Positions 32,683 through 43,881 of a DNA stretch of 64,000 nucleotides are shown in pieces (the first letter of the stretch is position 1; each line of letters starts with the position of its first letter). The notes beneath the pieces are model-generated. The model had not been told where the DNA came from. It was given only the letters and a program-made list of their open reading frames with translations, and did no database searches. Origin of the DNA: an uncultured delta proteobacterium (GTDB taxonomy: Bacteria; Desulfobacterota; Syntrophia; Syntrophales; UBA2185); NCBI GenBank assembly GCA_963695875.1, contig CAVOID010000005.1, positions 32,001 to 96,000 of the forward strand, given 5' to 3'. The position numbers and the translations under genes were made by a program.

Positions 32683-34277
32683 ATGAATTCATTCAACGTT
32701 TTGATTTACGATACAACTTTGAGAGACGGGACCCAGGGAGAGCAGATCAATTTTTCAGCGGAAGAGAAGCTGCGCATTGCACAGCTTCTCGATGAAATGG
32801 ATTTCCATTACATCGAAGGCGGTTGGCCGGGATCAAATCCGAAAGATGTGCGCTTTTTTGAAATGGCCAAAGATGTTTCATTCCGGCATGCCCGTCTCAC
32901 GGCATTCGGCAGTACCAGGAAGCCGCATATGGTAGCCGCAGCATGTCCTAATATAGCAGCCCTGCTGCAGGCAGAAACGCCGGCAGTTGCCATTTTTGGC
33001 AAGACCTGGGATCTGCACATTTCCGAGATTCTCAATGTATCACTAGAAGAAAATTTAGCGATGATCCATGATTCCGTAGAATATTTGAAGTCGGAAGGGA
33101 AGGAAGTCATCTTTGATGCGGAGCATTTTTTCGACGGATATAAAAATAATCCCGGGTATGCGCGCCAGGTGATAGAGACAGCCCGTTCCGCAGGTGCCGA
33201 TATGATTGTCCTGTGTGATACTAATGGAGGGACAATGCCTCATGATTTAACCACAATAATCGATGAGGTCATCTCTTATATACCTCCCCATCTTCTTGGT
33301 ATTCATGCGCATAACGATTGCGGCCTTGCTGTAGCCAACTCACTGGCAGCTGTTCATGCAGGCGTCAGGATGGTCCATGGAACGATTAACGGGTATGGAG
33401 AAAGATGCGGGAATGCCGACCTCATCTCTATAATAGGCAACCTCCAGTTGAAAATGAATAAGCAATGCCTGCCGGAGAATTCCATAAGGGAATTGACGCA
33501 CCTTTCTAACTATGTAAGCGATATCGCTAATATCCCTCCACTCAATTCCAGGCCGTTTGTCGGGCGGAGCGCCTTTACCCATAAGGGAGGTGTTCATGTT
33601 GATGCCGTTTTAAAAAATCCGGTTGCATATGAACACATTAAACCGGAACTGGTAGGAAACCACGAGCGGGTGCTGGTGTCCGACCTTTCAGGAAAAAGCA
33701 ATATCGCGTACAAGGCAAGAGAACTGGGCATCGACTTAGGTAATGAGATGTCGATAAATAAAAAAATTGTTCAACAGATAAAGATAATGGAAGACCAGGG
33801 CTATCATTTTGACTCGGCCGACGGATCCCTTTCCGTATTGATGAAAAAGATAAAGGGTGAGTTTAGAGAACCTTTTATCCTGGAAAGTTTTCAGGTCTTT
33901 AACGCGAAGACAGGAGATAACCCGCCCATTACTCAGGCCTCGATTAAAATATCTGTCGACGGCGAAGAGGAATTGACTGCCGCAGAGGGGAACGGTCCTG
34001 TAAATGCCCTGGATAATGCCCTCAGAAAGGCTTTAACAAAATTTTATCCTCATATCAAAGGATATGCACCTGGTTGATTTTAAAGTAAGGATTCTGGAAG
34101 GCTGTGAGGGAACGGCCGCGAAGGTGAGGGTGCTTATAGATTCAAGTGACGGGCAGCGATATTTGGAGCACCATAGGAGTTTCAACAAACATCATCGAAG
34201 CAAGCTGGCAGGCCCTTGTGGATAGTATACGGTACAAATTGAGCAAGGATGAAGAAAATAAAAAAAGTTTGGTTTGA
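32683..34277 (+). CDS. cimA: Citramalate synthase; frameshifts near 34060 and 34160
   Basis: [42 protein letters not shown] and GNGPVNALD; the C-terminus LVDFKVRIL...EASWQAL continues in other frames. Confidence 0.9.
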
Positions 34278-34375
34278 AACAAATTCAACAAGTTCATTGA
34301 TAATGGGTTTAATTTCTGGTAAAATATATAGTTGTTTAGTACTAAGAATTTGCTTAATAAGGTTAATGAAGTAGC

Positions 34376-34984
34376 ATGTATCTGGCCATTAACAATCAGA
34401 ACCCCCAGATGCGGCTGATCAGAAAGGCAGTTGAGATCCTGCGGGATGGGGGTGTAATCATCTATCCCACAGATACGGTCTACGGGCTGGGATGCGCCCT
34501 TTTTAATAAAAAAGGAATTGACAAGATTTACGAGATAAAAAGGAGAAACAGGAAACAGCCTTTAAGCTTTGTTTGCGCCGATCTCAAGGATATCAGTCGT
34601 TACGCCCGGGTGTCGGATTTTGCATATAAAACCATGAAACGCCTCTTGCCGGGACCGTACACGTTTATCCTTGAGGCGTCGAGGCTGGTTCCGAAAATAA
34701 TTCTTCCCAAAAGACTGACCACAGGTATCAGGGTGCCCGACAATCAAATATGTCTTTCTCTCGTGAGGGAACTGGGACAGCCTATCATCAGTACCAGCGT
34801 CACGACTGAAGATGGTGAAGTATTGAGTGATCCATCTGAAATAAAAGAGAAATTCGGCAAGCGTGTAGATTTAATCATAGATGGAGGCATTCTGGCTTCT
34901 GAGCCATCAAGTGTTATCAGTCTTGTTGACGACATAATCGAGATAATCAGGGTGGGGAATGGAGATGTGTCCACACTTATTTAG
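34376..34984 (+). CDS. Sua5/YciO/YrdC family protein (threonylcarbamoyl-AMP synthase-like)
   Basis: IYPTDTVYGLGC, PGPYTFIL, GIRVP and STS motifs. Confidence 0.9.
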   Translation: MYLAINNQNPQMRLIRKAVEILRDGGVIIYPTDTVYGLGCALFNKKGIDKIYEIKRRNRKQPLSFVCADLKDISRYARVSDFAYKTMKRLLPGPYTFILEASRLVPKIILPKRLTTGIRVPDNQICLSLVRELGQPIISTSVTTEDGEVLSDPSEIKEKFGKRVDLIIDGGILASEPSSVISLVDDIIEIIRVGNGDVSTLI

Positions 34985-34999
34985 AGAACAAGGATATTT

Positions 35000-36875
35000 A
35001 TGAAAAAAGTAATGTTAATGAATGCTGTTCATCCTGAACAGAAGCGGCTGGCCATTGTGGATGGTGGTAAACTGGTTGAATACAACATCCAAATGGCCAT
35101 CAAAGAACCTATAACGGGCAACCTTTATAAGGGTGTAGTCATGAAGGTGGAACGAGGTCTCCAGGCAGCTTTCGTGAATTATGGAGGGAAAAGGGATGGA
35201 TTTCTGCCCCTGCATGACGTCAGTCCCGAATATTTCACCGAGAGCAATGGAAAGGGAAGCGGCTCGTCGAATCATAGACTGTCTCTCAAAGCAGGTCAGG
35301 AGGTGTTGGTTCAGGTAATAAGGGAGGAAACTGAACGCAAGGGAGGCTCTTCTTACGACATATATATCTTTGCCGGGACGATACCTGGTTTTGCTCCCAA
35401 ACAAACAGAGCAGCGGCATTTCTCGAAAAATAGAAGATGAAGAAGATCGCAAGCGTCTAAAAAAATTGATGGAACAAATTAAGATTGATGACGGTGTTGG
35501 TTTTATAATTCGTACAGCGGGCATGAACAGAACGAAGCAGGAACTTTCCCGGGATTATCAACTCCTGTCGAGGCTGTGGAAGGAAATTCAAAAAAGAGTA
35601 AAGAGCGTAACTGCGCCGGTACTTATTTATCAGGAAAGTAATTTTGGTGTGTGCTCCCTACGAGACTATTACACATCGGAAATTGAAGAGATACTTGTAG
35701 ACGAAGGTGAAACATACAGAAAGATGAGGGAATACGCCAAAGCCGTGGTACCGAGGATTTTAAAGCTGATCAAACTATACAGGGAAAAGACCCCTCTCTT
35801 TGATAAATATAGACTTGAAGATCAGATTCGTGTCATTTATCAAGATCGTGTGGAGTTGAAATCCGGCGGATATATAATCATAAATCCGACAGAAGCCATG
35901 ACTACCATTGATGTGAATTCAGGCCGTGCTTCGAACAAAAGAAATATCGAAGAAACCGCCTACAGGACTAACCTCGAAGCGGCAGAAGAAATTGCCAGGC
36001 AGCTTCGCCTACGAGACCTGGGTGGACTGCTTGTCATTGATTTTATCGATATGCGTGACCGAAAGCATGAAGGTGAAGTGGAAAAGGCTTTCAAAAAAGC
36101 TCTCAATATTGACAGGGCAAGAATACAGATGTCGCGCATATCCAAGTTCGGAATTCTTGAACTCTCAAGGCAGAAAAAACAATCAACCATCCAGGAGATC
36201 AGTTATACAGTCTGTCCCTACTGCAAGGGGCGCGGTGCGAGACCGTCCCTGGAGTACACCGCTCTGGGTGCTTTTAGAAAGATTGAATCCCAGGTAGTAA
36301 AGGGGGATTATTCTGCTCTTAAAGTGAAACTGCCATATGAGATAGCCGACTATCTTTTGAACCGGAAGAGACAAGAAATCAATAAACTTGAAAGCACGCA
36401 TGGCGTATCTATACATATAACCGGAAGTCCCGACATACCTTGGGACGAACTGAAAATAGAAACCTTCAGCAGGGAGATAGTTGAGGAAGCTTTTCCTGAT
36501 GAGGAGATCCGTCTTGTAGAGTCCATGGATAAACGGGAAGAGGAAGGTACCGAACTTAAGGACATTGCATTAATCCCCGCTGAAGTCAGCGAACAACCAC
36601 AAAAGATAAATGAACCGATTGGGACAAGCCCGCAGCCAGTCAAGAAGAAATCGAGATGGAGATCAAGACACAGAAAAAAGAAACCGGGAGAGAAAGCCGT
36701 TGAACAGAAATCTCTACCATCTTCTGATCGAAGCGGTGAAATTACCTCGTATCATATAGTAGAACACCCGCCCAACAGCGCAGTACACAGCCGGGTAACG
36801 CCACCAGTAGCTGGAGATGATGGGCAAGACCTTTTAAGCAAGCTCCGTAAGGTATTTGAACAACTCGAAGAATAG
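35000..36875 (+). CDS. Ribonuclease E/G family; frameshift near 35345
   Basis: S1 domain (GNLYKG, AAFVNYG, GFL), PGRYLVL, IDVNSG, LRLRDLGGL, IDFIDM and the Zn-link CPYC. Confidence 0.92.
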
Positions 36876-37143
36876 TATTATTTTTTCTTGCCAAGTTGCT
36901 TCGCTGTAGTGTAATCGCCCCGACAGCGCTGCCTATGCAGCCTTGAGTTTTTCCTCTTCCATTGCGATCGAACCAGCTATGGTCCGTCCTTAAAAGAATA
37001 GAGAAGTTTTTCAATCATTTCTTATCGCCCGAGAATCAAGCCCGGAACAAAAATAAAGCAGTTGTAACTATTTCAGATCGCAGAACATTTGCAGCGGTAA
37101 TAATACTTAATATATTTGTTATTGCTTCCTGAGTACTTTTTCT

Positions 37144-37172
37144 TTGACACTTCTGCCGAGCTGGGGTAGTTT
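37144..37172 (+). promoter_or_regulatory. Sigma70-type promoter of the redoxin pair
   Basis: TTGACA-N17-TAGTTT. Confidence 0.5.
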
Positions 37173-37250
37173 TAAATTATAAGTGAGGACGAATCGTCTT
37201 AACGAACAAGAAATAGTGGCTAACATAAATAAATATTTGAAGGGGATGAT

Positions 37251-37823
37251 ATGAAAAAATACACGGTATGTTTGCCGGCTGTTGTCCTGGCTGTCTTGGT
37301 GGTTGTCAGTTCTTTGTCAGCAGCAAATTCTCGCCCCATAGTCGGTGGAATGCTTCCTGACATAGAGCTTACCATGCCAAAAGATTCTTCTGAAAAAACA
37401 TATCTCGGCGTTTCCGGGTTTGGTTCTTTTAAGATACCAGCGATAAGGGCGAGGTTGGTTATTATCGAAGTTTTCAACATGTACTGTCCTTACTGTCAGC
37501 GGGAAGCGCCAAACGTAAATCAGCTGTATACAAAGATTGAACAGGATCCGGCACTCAGGGAATCAATCAAGATCATTGGCATCGGCGCAGGTAATTCTTC
37601 CTACGAGGTGGGCATCTATAAGAAGAAATACAATGTTCCCTTTCCTCTCTTTGCTGATAAAGATTATGCCATATATGACAAAATGGGTGACTTGAGGACG
37701 CCGTACTTTATTGGTGTGAAAATAAATCCTGATGGTACTCATCAGATTATATACTCAAAGGTTGGTGCGTTCGATGGAGTGGATCAGTTTCTCTCCGCAT
37801 TGATGAAATTGGCCGGAATGTAG
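37251..37823 (+). CDS. TlpA-like thioredoxin-fold protein, exported
   Basis: Signal peptide, YCPYC motif, TP cis-Pro motif. Confidence 0.85.
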   Translation: MKKYTVCLPAVVLAVLVVVSSLSAANSRPIVGGMLPDIELTMPKDSSEKTYLGVSGFGSFKIPAIRARLVIIEVFNMYCPYCQREAPNVNQLYTKIEQDPALRESIKIIGIGAGNSSYEVGIYKKKYNVPFPLFADKDYAIYDKMGDLRTPYFIGVKINPDGTHQIIYSKVGAFDGVDQFLSALMKLAGM

Positions 37824-37837
37824 AAAGGAAGGTTGAT

Positions 37838-38446
37838 ATGAAAAAGCGCAATCGGTATGTCCTTTTTGTTATTGTAGGAGCGGCTCTTCTGATATGCCCC
37901 TTTGGTCAGAGGGCTTTTGGTGTTTCAGATGCATTCAAGAACAATATCTATTATCCGGGCACCCTAAAGCCGATGGACAGTCTTTTGAAGCTCACGGTAG
38001 GAGACCGCGCTCCTGATTTTACACTGAAGGCGGTATCGGGGGAGATGATTTCTCTGAAGCAGTATCGGGGTAAGAAGAACGTCGTTATCTCTTTTGTCCC
38101 TGCCGCGTGGACTCCCGTCTGTTCAGACCAGTGGCCTGGCTATAACATTGTTAAAGAAATTTTCGATCAGCATGACGCCATACTCTTAGGGATAACCGTT
38201 GATAACATCCCTACTCTGTTTGCCTGGACTAACCAGATGGGCAATCTATGGTTTCCCGTACTGTCTGACTTCTGGCCGCACGGAAAAGTGGCGGCAAAAT
38301 ATGGGGTCTTGCGGTCCGACGGTGTTTCTGAACGGGCCCTGTTCGTCATCGATAAGAAGGGAATCATTCGTTACATCGATGTACACGACATCAACAAGAG
38401 GCCACTACTTGAAGACCTCGTGAGTGCACTCGAAAAGCTGAAATAG
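37838..38446 (+). CDS. Peroxiredoxin (AhpC/TSA, AhpE-like), exported
   Basis: VGDRAPDFTL, FVPAAWTPVC (PxxxTxxC), SDFWPHG and ERALFVID motifs. Confidence 0.9.
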   Translation: MKKRNRYVLFVIVGAALLICPFGQRAFGVSDAFKNNIYYPGTLKPMDSLLKLTVGDRAPDFTLKAVSGEMISLKQYRGKKNVVISFVPAAWTPVCSDQWPGYNIVKEIFDQHDAILLGITVDNIPTLFAWTNQMGNLWFPVLSDFWPHGKVAAKYGVLRSDGVSERALFVIDKKGIIRYIDVHDINKRPLLEDLVSALEKLK

Positions 38447-38683
38447 CAGTCAATTATTTTTGATAAGAAGTTGCCTTTTGTCTGGTAAAATCAGGGCACA
38501 CCCTTCCTCCATTCTCTTGTCTCTTAGGGTTATTGCTTCATATAAGCATCCCACGGGCAATCAGGGTCTCCTTACATATTTATCCATCAGAACCTTGCCT
38601 TTACAAATTCGTTATTGATGGTTATATTTTAACTCTTGGTTGGGAGAGACTTGTAAAAGGTTAGTCAGGAAGTAAAAGATTGT

Positions 38684-39163
38684 ATGAAAATGATACTTTT
38701 TCGAGAGTGCAAAATATTCATTTTTAGTTTGCTTCTGATAGTGATTCCATCAGTAATTTACGCAGAGTCAGATGGAACACGGGTAGAACCACAATTAGTT
38801 TATGGGGAGAAGTTCACGGTTAAAACGGAGTTTGCATCGGGTATTGAAGCAGATAAGACATTATTTTCAAAGGATGAATTTTCCAAGACAGGAAACACTC
38901 TTGCGATTGAGAGTGATACTATCGATAAAACACATGACGTGTCCTGGACTATCTTAAAGTTTTATAATGTGAAAATATCTATTTCTCACACCGAGACGGA
39001 ACAAAAACAGCGGGATGTATATCAAATACAGGGTGATGATAGTACCAAGTTAAATGCCATCAAATCTCTCCCGACTTCTTTCCTGACATCACAGTACCGG
39101 GATACCTTTCAATCGATCGGTAAAATTTTTGAACCGGAGGTTAAGCTGGGTATAGAATTCTGA
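38684..39163 (+). CDS. Hypothetical exported protein
   Basis: Signal peptide; ends in LGIEF. Confidence 0.6.
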   Translation: MKMILFRECKIFIFSLLLIVIPSVIYAESDGTRVEPQLVYGEKFTVKTEFASGIEADKTLFSKDEFSKTGNTLAIESDTIDKTHDVSWTILKFYNVKISISHTETEQKQRDVYQIQGDDSTKLNAIKSLPTSFLTSQYRDTFQSIGKIFEPEVKLGIEF

Positions 39164-39430
39164 CCAGGTGTAACGCAGGAATAAATAGCTACTCCGTGTG
39201 CCCCTTCTGATAAACAGAAAATTCCTCAATTTCCCCAATGCCACTCCGATAAAAGAAGTGGAGACTACAGGCAAACTTGTCATCAGTCAGCATAATCATA
39301 TCCCATGGAACGGCCAGCTATTTTAAGCAATGAAGGATATTGCACCATGTCTTAAGTTTTTTACAATTCTTCGCCCGTGTGGTATTTTATTACATTAAGT
39401 CTGAACATATAAATGACTGGATAAATCTGA

Positions 39431-40321
39431 TTGAAAAGTGATTCCCCCATCTTCGGCCTTGGCCAGTGCTCCCTGGATTACATCGGGATAATAGCGGCCT
39501 ATCCACCACCCAATATAAAATGTGAATTTGCGAACATGGTTACTCAGGGAGGAGGCCCAGTGGCAACGGCTCTTGTCGCCCTTAGCCGCTGGAAGCTGCC
39601 ATGCTATTTTGCCGGTGTTTTGGGAGATGATGCCTTCGGCACAATCATCGCCGATTCCCTTCGCGAAGAGGGCATTGGCACAGATGGTCTTATCATAAGA
39701 GGCGGACATTCTTCTCAATTTGCCTTTATCGTCAGTGAGCCCGGCGTGGGCCGAAGAACGATCTTCTGGCAGAGGCCAACGGGAATGCCATTACAGCCAG
39801 ATGAGTTGGATTTGGAAGTGCTCCGAAAAAGCAGGGCCCTTCACACAGACGGACTCTTCACGGAGGCATCCCTCTTTGCCTGCCGAAAGGCCAAGAATGC
39901 GGGCATCCCCGTGGTTGTAGACGCGGGCACACTCCGGGAGGGGATGCTGGACATGGTTCACCTGAGTGATTGTTTTATCGTCTCGGAGACTTTTTCGCAA
40001 GCGATGGCGGAAGACCCCCTGGAAACCTGCCGCATACTATCCGGACTGGGCGCCCGTTTCGTCGGGGTCACCCTGGGGGCAAAAGGATATATAGCCCTGG
40101 TCGATGGTCGTATTATTAAAAAGCCCGCTTATGCGGCGATTGCTATAGACACCACTGGGTGCGGGGATGTATTCCATGCCGGTGTCACTTACGGCATTGT
40201 GCAGGGGTGGGATGCAGAGAAGTGCCTCGACCTTGGCGCCTGGGCTGCGGCCATGGTCAGTACGCAGATGGGGGGACGAAATGGGATCCCCACCTATATG
40301 AAATTAAAAGAGAGGGGATAA
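39431..40321 (+). CDS. PfkB-family carbohydrate kinase
   Basis: GGG..ATA, VTLGAKG and DTTGCGDVF signatures. Confidence 0.92.
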   Translation: MKSDSPIFGLGQCSLDYIGIIAAYPPPNIKCEFANMVTQGGGPVATALVALSRWKLPCYFAGVLGDDAFGTIIADSLREEGIGTDGLIIRGGHSSQFAFIVSEPGVGRRTIFWQRPTGMPLQPDELDLEVLRKSRALHTDGLFTEASLFACRKAKNAGIPVVVDAGTLREGMLDMVHLSDCFIVSETFSQAMAEDPLETCRILSGLGARFVGVTLGAKGYIALVDGRIIKKPAYAAIAIDTTGCGDVFHAGVTYGIVQGWDAEKCLDLGAWAAAMVSTQMGGRNGIPTYMKLKERG

Positions 40322-40396
40322 CAAAAGAATCTCGACTCCTATCCGGAATATTGCGTAAAGCAGTCAACTATGAAAACCCGGACTTCGGCAAATCTA

Positions 40397-40669
40397 TTAC
40401 TTTTCTTTTTTCTTCAGCTTTACAAGTGCCTTTAGGGCTTTTTTCTCAGCTCTTGCCCGTGTCTCGGCCGTTTCAGATGTTGCTGATGACGTTGTTTCTC
40501 CCGGCTGTTTTACAAAGGCCTCTGATCTTTCTTCATCGGCAAGGTTTTGTTTTTTCCTTGCTGTTGCAATCAAATACACGGCGAAGGACTTTCCAAAATG
40601 TCCTATGAAGCCGGCGGCTAATACGATGAGTATCCACTTTATGACCTGCTGGTAATCGATATCGTTCAT
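40397..40669 (-). CDS. Small membrane-anchored protein
   Basis: One TM segment plus a Lys-rich tail. Confidence 0.65.
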   Translation of the reverse strand: MNDIDYQQVIKWILIVLAAGFIGHFGKSFAVYLIATARKKQNLADEERSEAFVKQPGETTSSATSETAETRARAEKKALKALVKLKKKEK

Positions 40670-41098
40670 ATCTCTTTCTAAACTTATGACTTCTGTTTTA
40701 TTTCCTATTGTCGTGCAGCATAAAAGGACTGAATAGAAAAATCAAGACTTAAGGAAGGAACAAACACGCACACGTCAAGCCTTTTCCCCGGATCCACGAT
40801 GCAAACGGTGGCTGCATAGACTGAGGAGGAGTCCATGAACGCATTATGCGGTTGGTGCCACAACCGGTATGTCAGCCACCCTGAAAATCGCAGTAGAAAT
40901 AGTGGCACAGGATCTCATCGCTCGTTTGTCATATGGCAATGCAGCATATCCTGTTAAGGCAGGCCGGCCCTTTCTATTTCGGCAAATGGGTGATTTAAAA
41001 CAAGGTGTGAGTATTGCCTGGATATATATTCATCATTTCCATTTGAAGTGATAAGTAGTCTATACGCTTCTATTTTATCAAGGTATTAGAAATGGCGC

Positions 41099-41563
41099 CT
41101 ACATTGAGTATGCTTTTCCACTATGATTCGGAGGCACATTCAGCAATGTCCAATACAAACCTATTTCGGCAGCTGACTCGACAAAGCTATCATACGCTGC
41201 GGGTTTTATGATGTAGCTATTTGCACCCAGCCGGTAGCTCTCCACTCTGTCTTTTTCTTCAATTGAAGATGAGAAAACCACTACAGGGATTATTTTTGTC
41301 AAATCATTGGATCTGATCCTGCGAAGAACCTCATGCCCGTCTACTTTCGGCAACTTCAGGTCCAGTAAAATCACCCTGGGTAATTCAAATGAATCGCGAC
41401 CAGCATATTCACCGGCTGCAAAAAGATAATCCAGGGCTTTCTCACCATCATGAAAGACCTTAACTCTATTGACCATGCCATTTTTCTCAAGAGCTTCAAG
41501 TATGAACTCTACGTTGTATTTGTTATCCTCAATAAGCAAGATATCCGGCATACTGTTAATCAA
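41099..41563 (-). CDS. Single-domain response regulator
   Basis: LLIEDN, ILLDLKLPKVDG and GANSYIIKP motifs. Confidence 0.92.
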   Translation of the reverse strand: MINSMPDILLIEDNKYNVEFILEALEKNGMVNRVKVFHDGEKALDYLFAAGEYAGRDSFELPRVILLDLKLPKVDGHEVLRRIRSNDLTKIIPVVVFSSSIEEKDRVESYRLGANSYIIKPAAYDSFVESAAEIGLYWTLLNVPPNHSGKAYSM

Positions 41564-41633
41564 AATTCACCTCTTATTCTGGAACTTACCGATCTAAACA
41601 ACCTACCTTCACTTTCTTTTTTGAGCCTGGTTT

Positions 41634-42011
41634 TCAGGATACGGATGCTTTTGCATAATCGATCATGCCCTGAAAATCCACGATGACGACAGGCTCATTA
41701 CCAACTACCCAGGCATCGTGGCCTTCAGGTAGCAGAGACACATCACCCGCTTTACACTCAAATTGTTTTCCGTCATCCATCAAGATCTTAATAGTGCCTG
41801 ATACATGGTACTGAAAGTGTGGCGCCTCGCAGCTTTTTGTCTTTACCAGTGGTTGCACGGAGGTGGACCATCTCCAGCCCGGCTCAAACGTGGCACGCCC
41901 TATTACGGCTCCGCCAATCTTTATCAATTCCAGTTTCCCTTTAGGGAACGTCCTTACTTCATCCGGTTTACTAAAGCTTTTCATCTCCGCTTTTTTCTTT
42001 ACGTTTTGCAT
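41634..42011 (-). CDS. Cupin-domain protein
   Basis: PGWRWS, CEAPHFQYHVSG and PEGHDAWVVG motifs. Confidence 0.85.
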   Translation of the reverse strand: MQNVKKKAEMKSFSKPDEVRTFPKGKLELIKIGGAVIGRATFEPGWRWSTSVQPLVKTKSCEAPHFQYHVSGTIKILMDDGKQFECKAGDVSLLPEGHDAWVVGNEPVVIVDFQGMIDYAKASVS

Positions 42012-42090
42012 AACAGGCCCTCGTCCTATCTTTCAAGTTAATTGGGGTGAATTCCCTGTGCAATCATACTGTGTCAATAACCATGAGCGA

Positions 42091-42429
42091 CTAATTACAT
42101 AATTGCTTCTCTATCAAGAGCCAAAGATCGGAAATCAGAAAGGGTCTTCTCAAATATAGATCTGCTTTTGAATCCGGATCATGATCCTGGATATGTGAGC
42201 CTGTAATCCCGATAATGAAGACAGAAGAAGATTTTAACCGGGTATGCTGGTCACAGTCGAGTTCTCTATATCCGCCGTTGGTGAGGACGATGTCATACCG
42301 GTCATCCGAGATCATGTGAATTATCTCTGGACCATCTTTTGCGATGCCCGCTTTGTAACCTCGATTTACAATGATATCCAACAGAAACTCCGGTACGTCC
42401 GGCCGTTCATCGTGAATCAGCACCTTCAT
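42091..42429 (-). CDS. Degenerate receiver-domain protein
   Basis: Receiver-like fold pattern (KVLIHDE, YDIVLTN, IIGITG, LRRPF) with Asn at the usual phospho-Asp position. Confidence 0.65.
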   Translation of the reverse strand: MKVLIHDERPDVPEFLLDIIVNRGYKAGIAKDGPEIIHMISDDRYDIVLTNGGYRELDCDQHTRLKSSSVFIIGITGSHIQDHDPDSKADLYLRRPFLISDLWLLIEKQLCN

Positions 42430-42615
42430 TAAGCACGTTCCTTTCTTGCCACCAAGATCTTTAAGTACATTTTGGTACGGTGCTTATCTCGCCGTAATTT
42501 AAAGATGATATCTCGTATACCTTTTAATGGAAATATTAGGCTACATGCGAGTATAAGACAATGAGGATTAAATGGAAGAGTAATGGTAGGTATAACCTAC
42601 CTATGAAGCAGGGGA

Positions 42616-43221
42616 CTACAGAAAAAGATCCATGATTGCTTTTGCCATTAGACTGTAGCCTTCCTCTGTGGGGTGAACGCAATCGTACTGAACCAAAGAC
42701 CCAAACAGCATTCCATCACTGATTGCCTTTTTCCAGTACTCATGGGTAAGCACAACGGGAATACCATAATCTTCTCCCAATATTTCAAGCTGACGATAAT
42801 ATCCCTCTACATGCCGATTATCATCATTATCACCAATGTGTCCGGAAGTTATAAGAACGACATCGGCATCGCCATTTTCTTTAATTTCATCAGTCATTCT
42901 TCTGATAGTGTTTTTGAATTGTTGTTCTGTAAACCCCGAAAAGGCGTCATTTATTGCGTATTGAATGAATACACAATCGGGGTTGTAATGAAGGACATCC
43001 CACCTCAAGCGGGACAGGCCGGAATCTGCCGTATCACCCGGTATGCCGCTGTTAATAAGCTTAAACCTGCTTTTAGGAAATTTTATGATAAGCATTTCTC
43101 TTAAGAAATCGAGATAACCCTTTGAGACCATCCATCCCTGCGTCAATGAATCGCCAAGAGCTACAATGGTGACAGGTGTACCATCTATAAGTTTATTTAT
43201 CGTCTGTACAGGTTTGATCAA
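42616..43221 (-). CDS. SGNH/GDSL hydrolase
   Basis: GDSLT, NSGIPGDT, IND and DCVHP blocks. Confidence 0.9.
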   Translation of the reverse strand: MIKPVQTINKLIDGTPVTIVALGDSLTQGWMVSKGYLDFLREMLIIKFPKSRFKLINSGIPGDTADSGLSRLRWDVLHYNPDCVFIQYAINDAFSGFTEQQFKNTIRRMTDEIKENGDADVVLITSGHIGDNDDNRHVEGYYRQLEILGEDYGIPVVLTHEYWKKAISDGMLFGSLVQYDCVHPTEEGYSLMAKAIMDLFL

Positions 43222-43523
43222 TTTATTTCGGGTCCGATATTATCCCGCATCTGCTGCGTTTTGAGATTTCAGAAATTTCCTCAATTTTATAGTCAATACG
43301 AAAATAGACTTTACATATCCCTATTTTTCAAGGGGGGAAATTAATTTAATGGTTCCCCGCCGCAGCCTTCCCTTGAATGTTTTAATCGGGGGCGGGGAAA
43401 GATTTTCATGTCTCGTGGTGTTCCACTGGGCATGATGGTTTTCCCTGAAAGAGGAAATCCATAATAAGTTTATATCGGATTCCCACTTTCAAGAGCCTTT
43501 TTGGAACTTTTCCGAAGTCATTA

Positions 43524-43790
43524 CTATCGTGGATTCTCGGGCGATGGTTCTTGCGGCGCTACCCGTTTTTCCATTGACTCTCTCTGTTTGTCCGAATACT
43601 TCATCACTTTGTCCAGGCCCATCTCCTCCGGGGATAGCCATTCACATTTCCCTCTATAATGGTCACAAGAAAGCCCGGTAAGGCTATTGCTGATATGAAA
43701 AAATTGGTATCTGTTCGCCATCCCATAAACTAAAATAGCCAACGCAAACAACGCAAGAACCGCTACTTTAAAAAACTTGTCAAAATTCAT
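43524..43790 (-). CDS. Small membrane-anchored hypothetical protein
   Basis: AAGGAG RBS before MNFDKFF; one TM segment. Confidence 0.55.
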   Translation of the reverse strand: MNFDKFFKVAVLALFALAILVYGMANRYQFFHISNSLTGLSCDHYRGKCEWLSPEEMGLDKVMKYSDKQRESMEKRVAPQEPSPENPR

Positions 43791-43881
43791 GTAAGCTCCT
43801 TTCGAATGCCAAAATAACTGCCAGAAATACAAGCCTCTTTGCCCGCTCTTCTCTTCATAAGTAACAACTAAAGTTTTGTCT

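Noticed and set aside
43350..43495. Structured ncRNA or riboswitch in the spacer
   Set aside because: It looks like degenerate intergenic repeat fragments; no riboswitch consensus was recognised.
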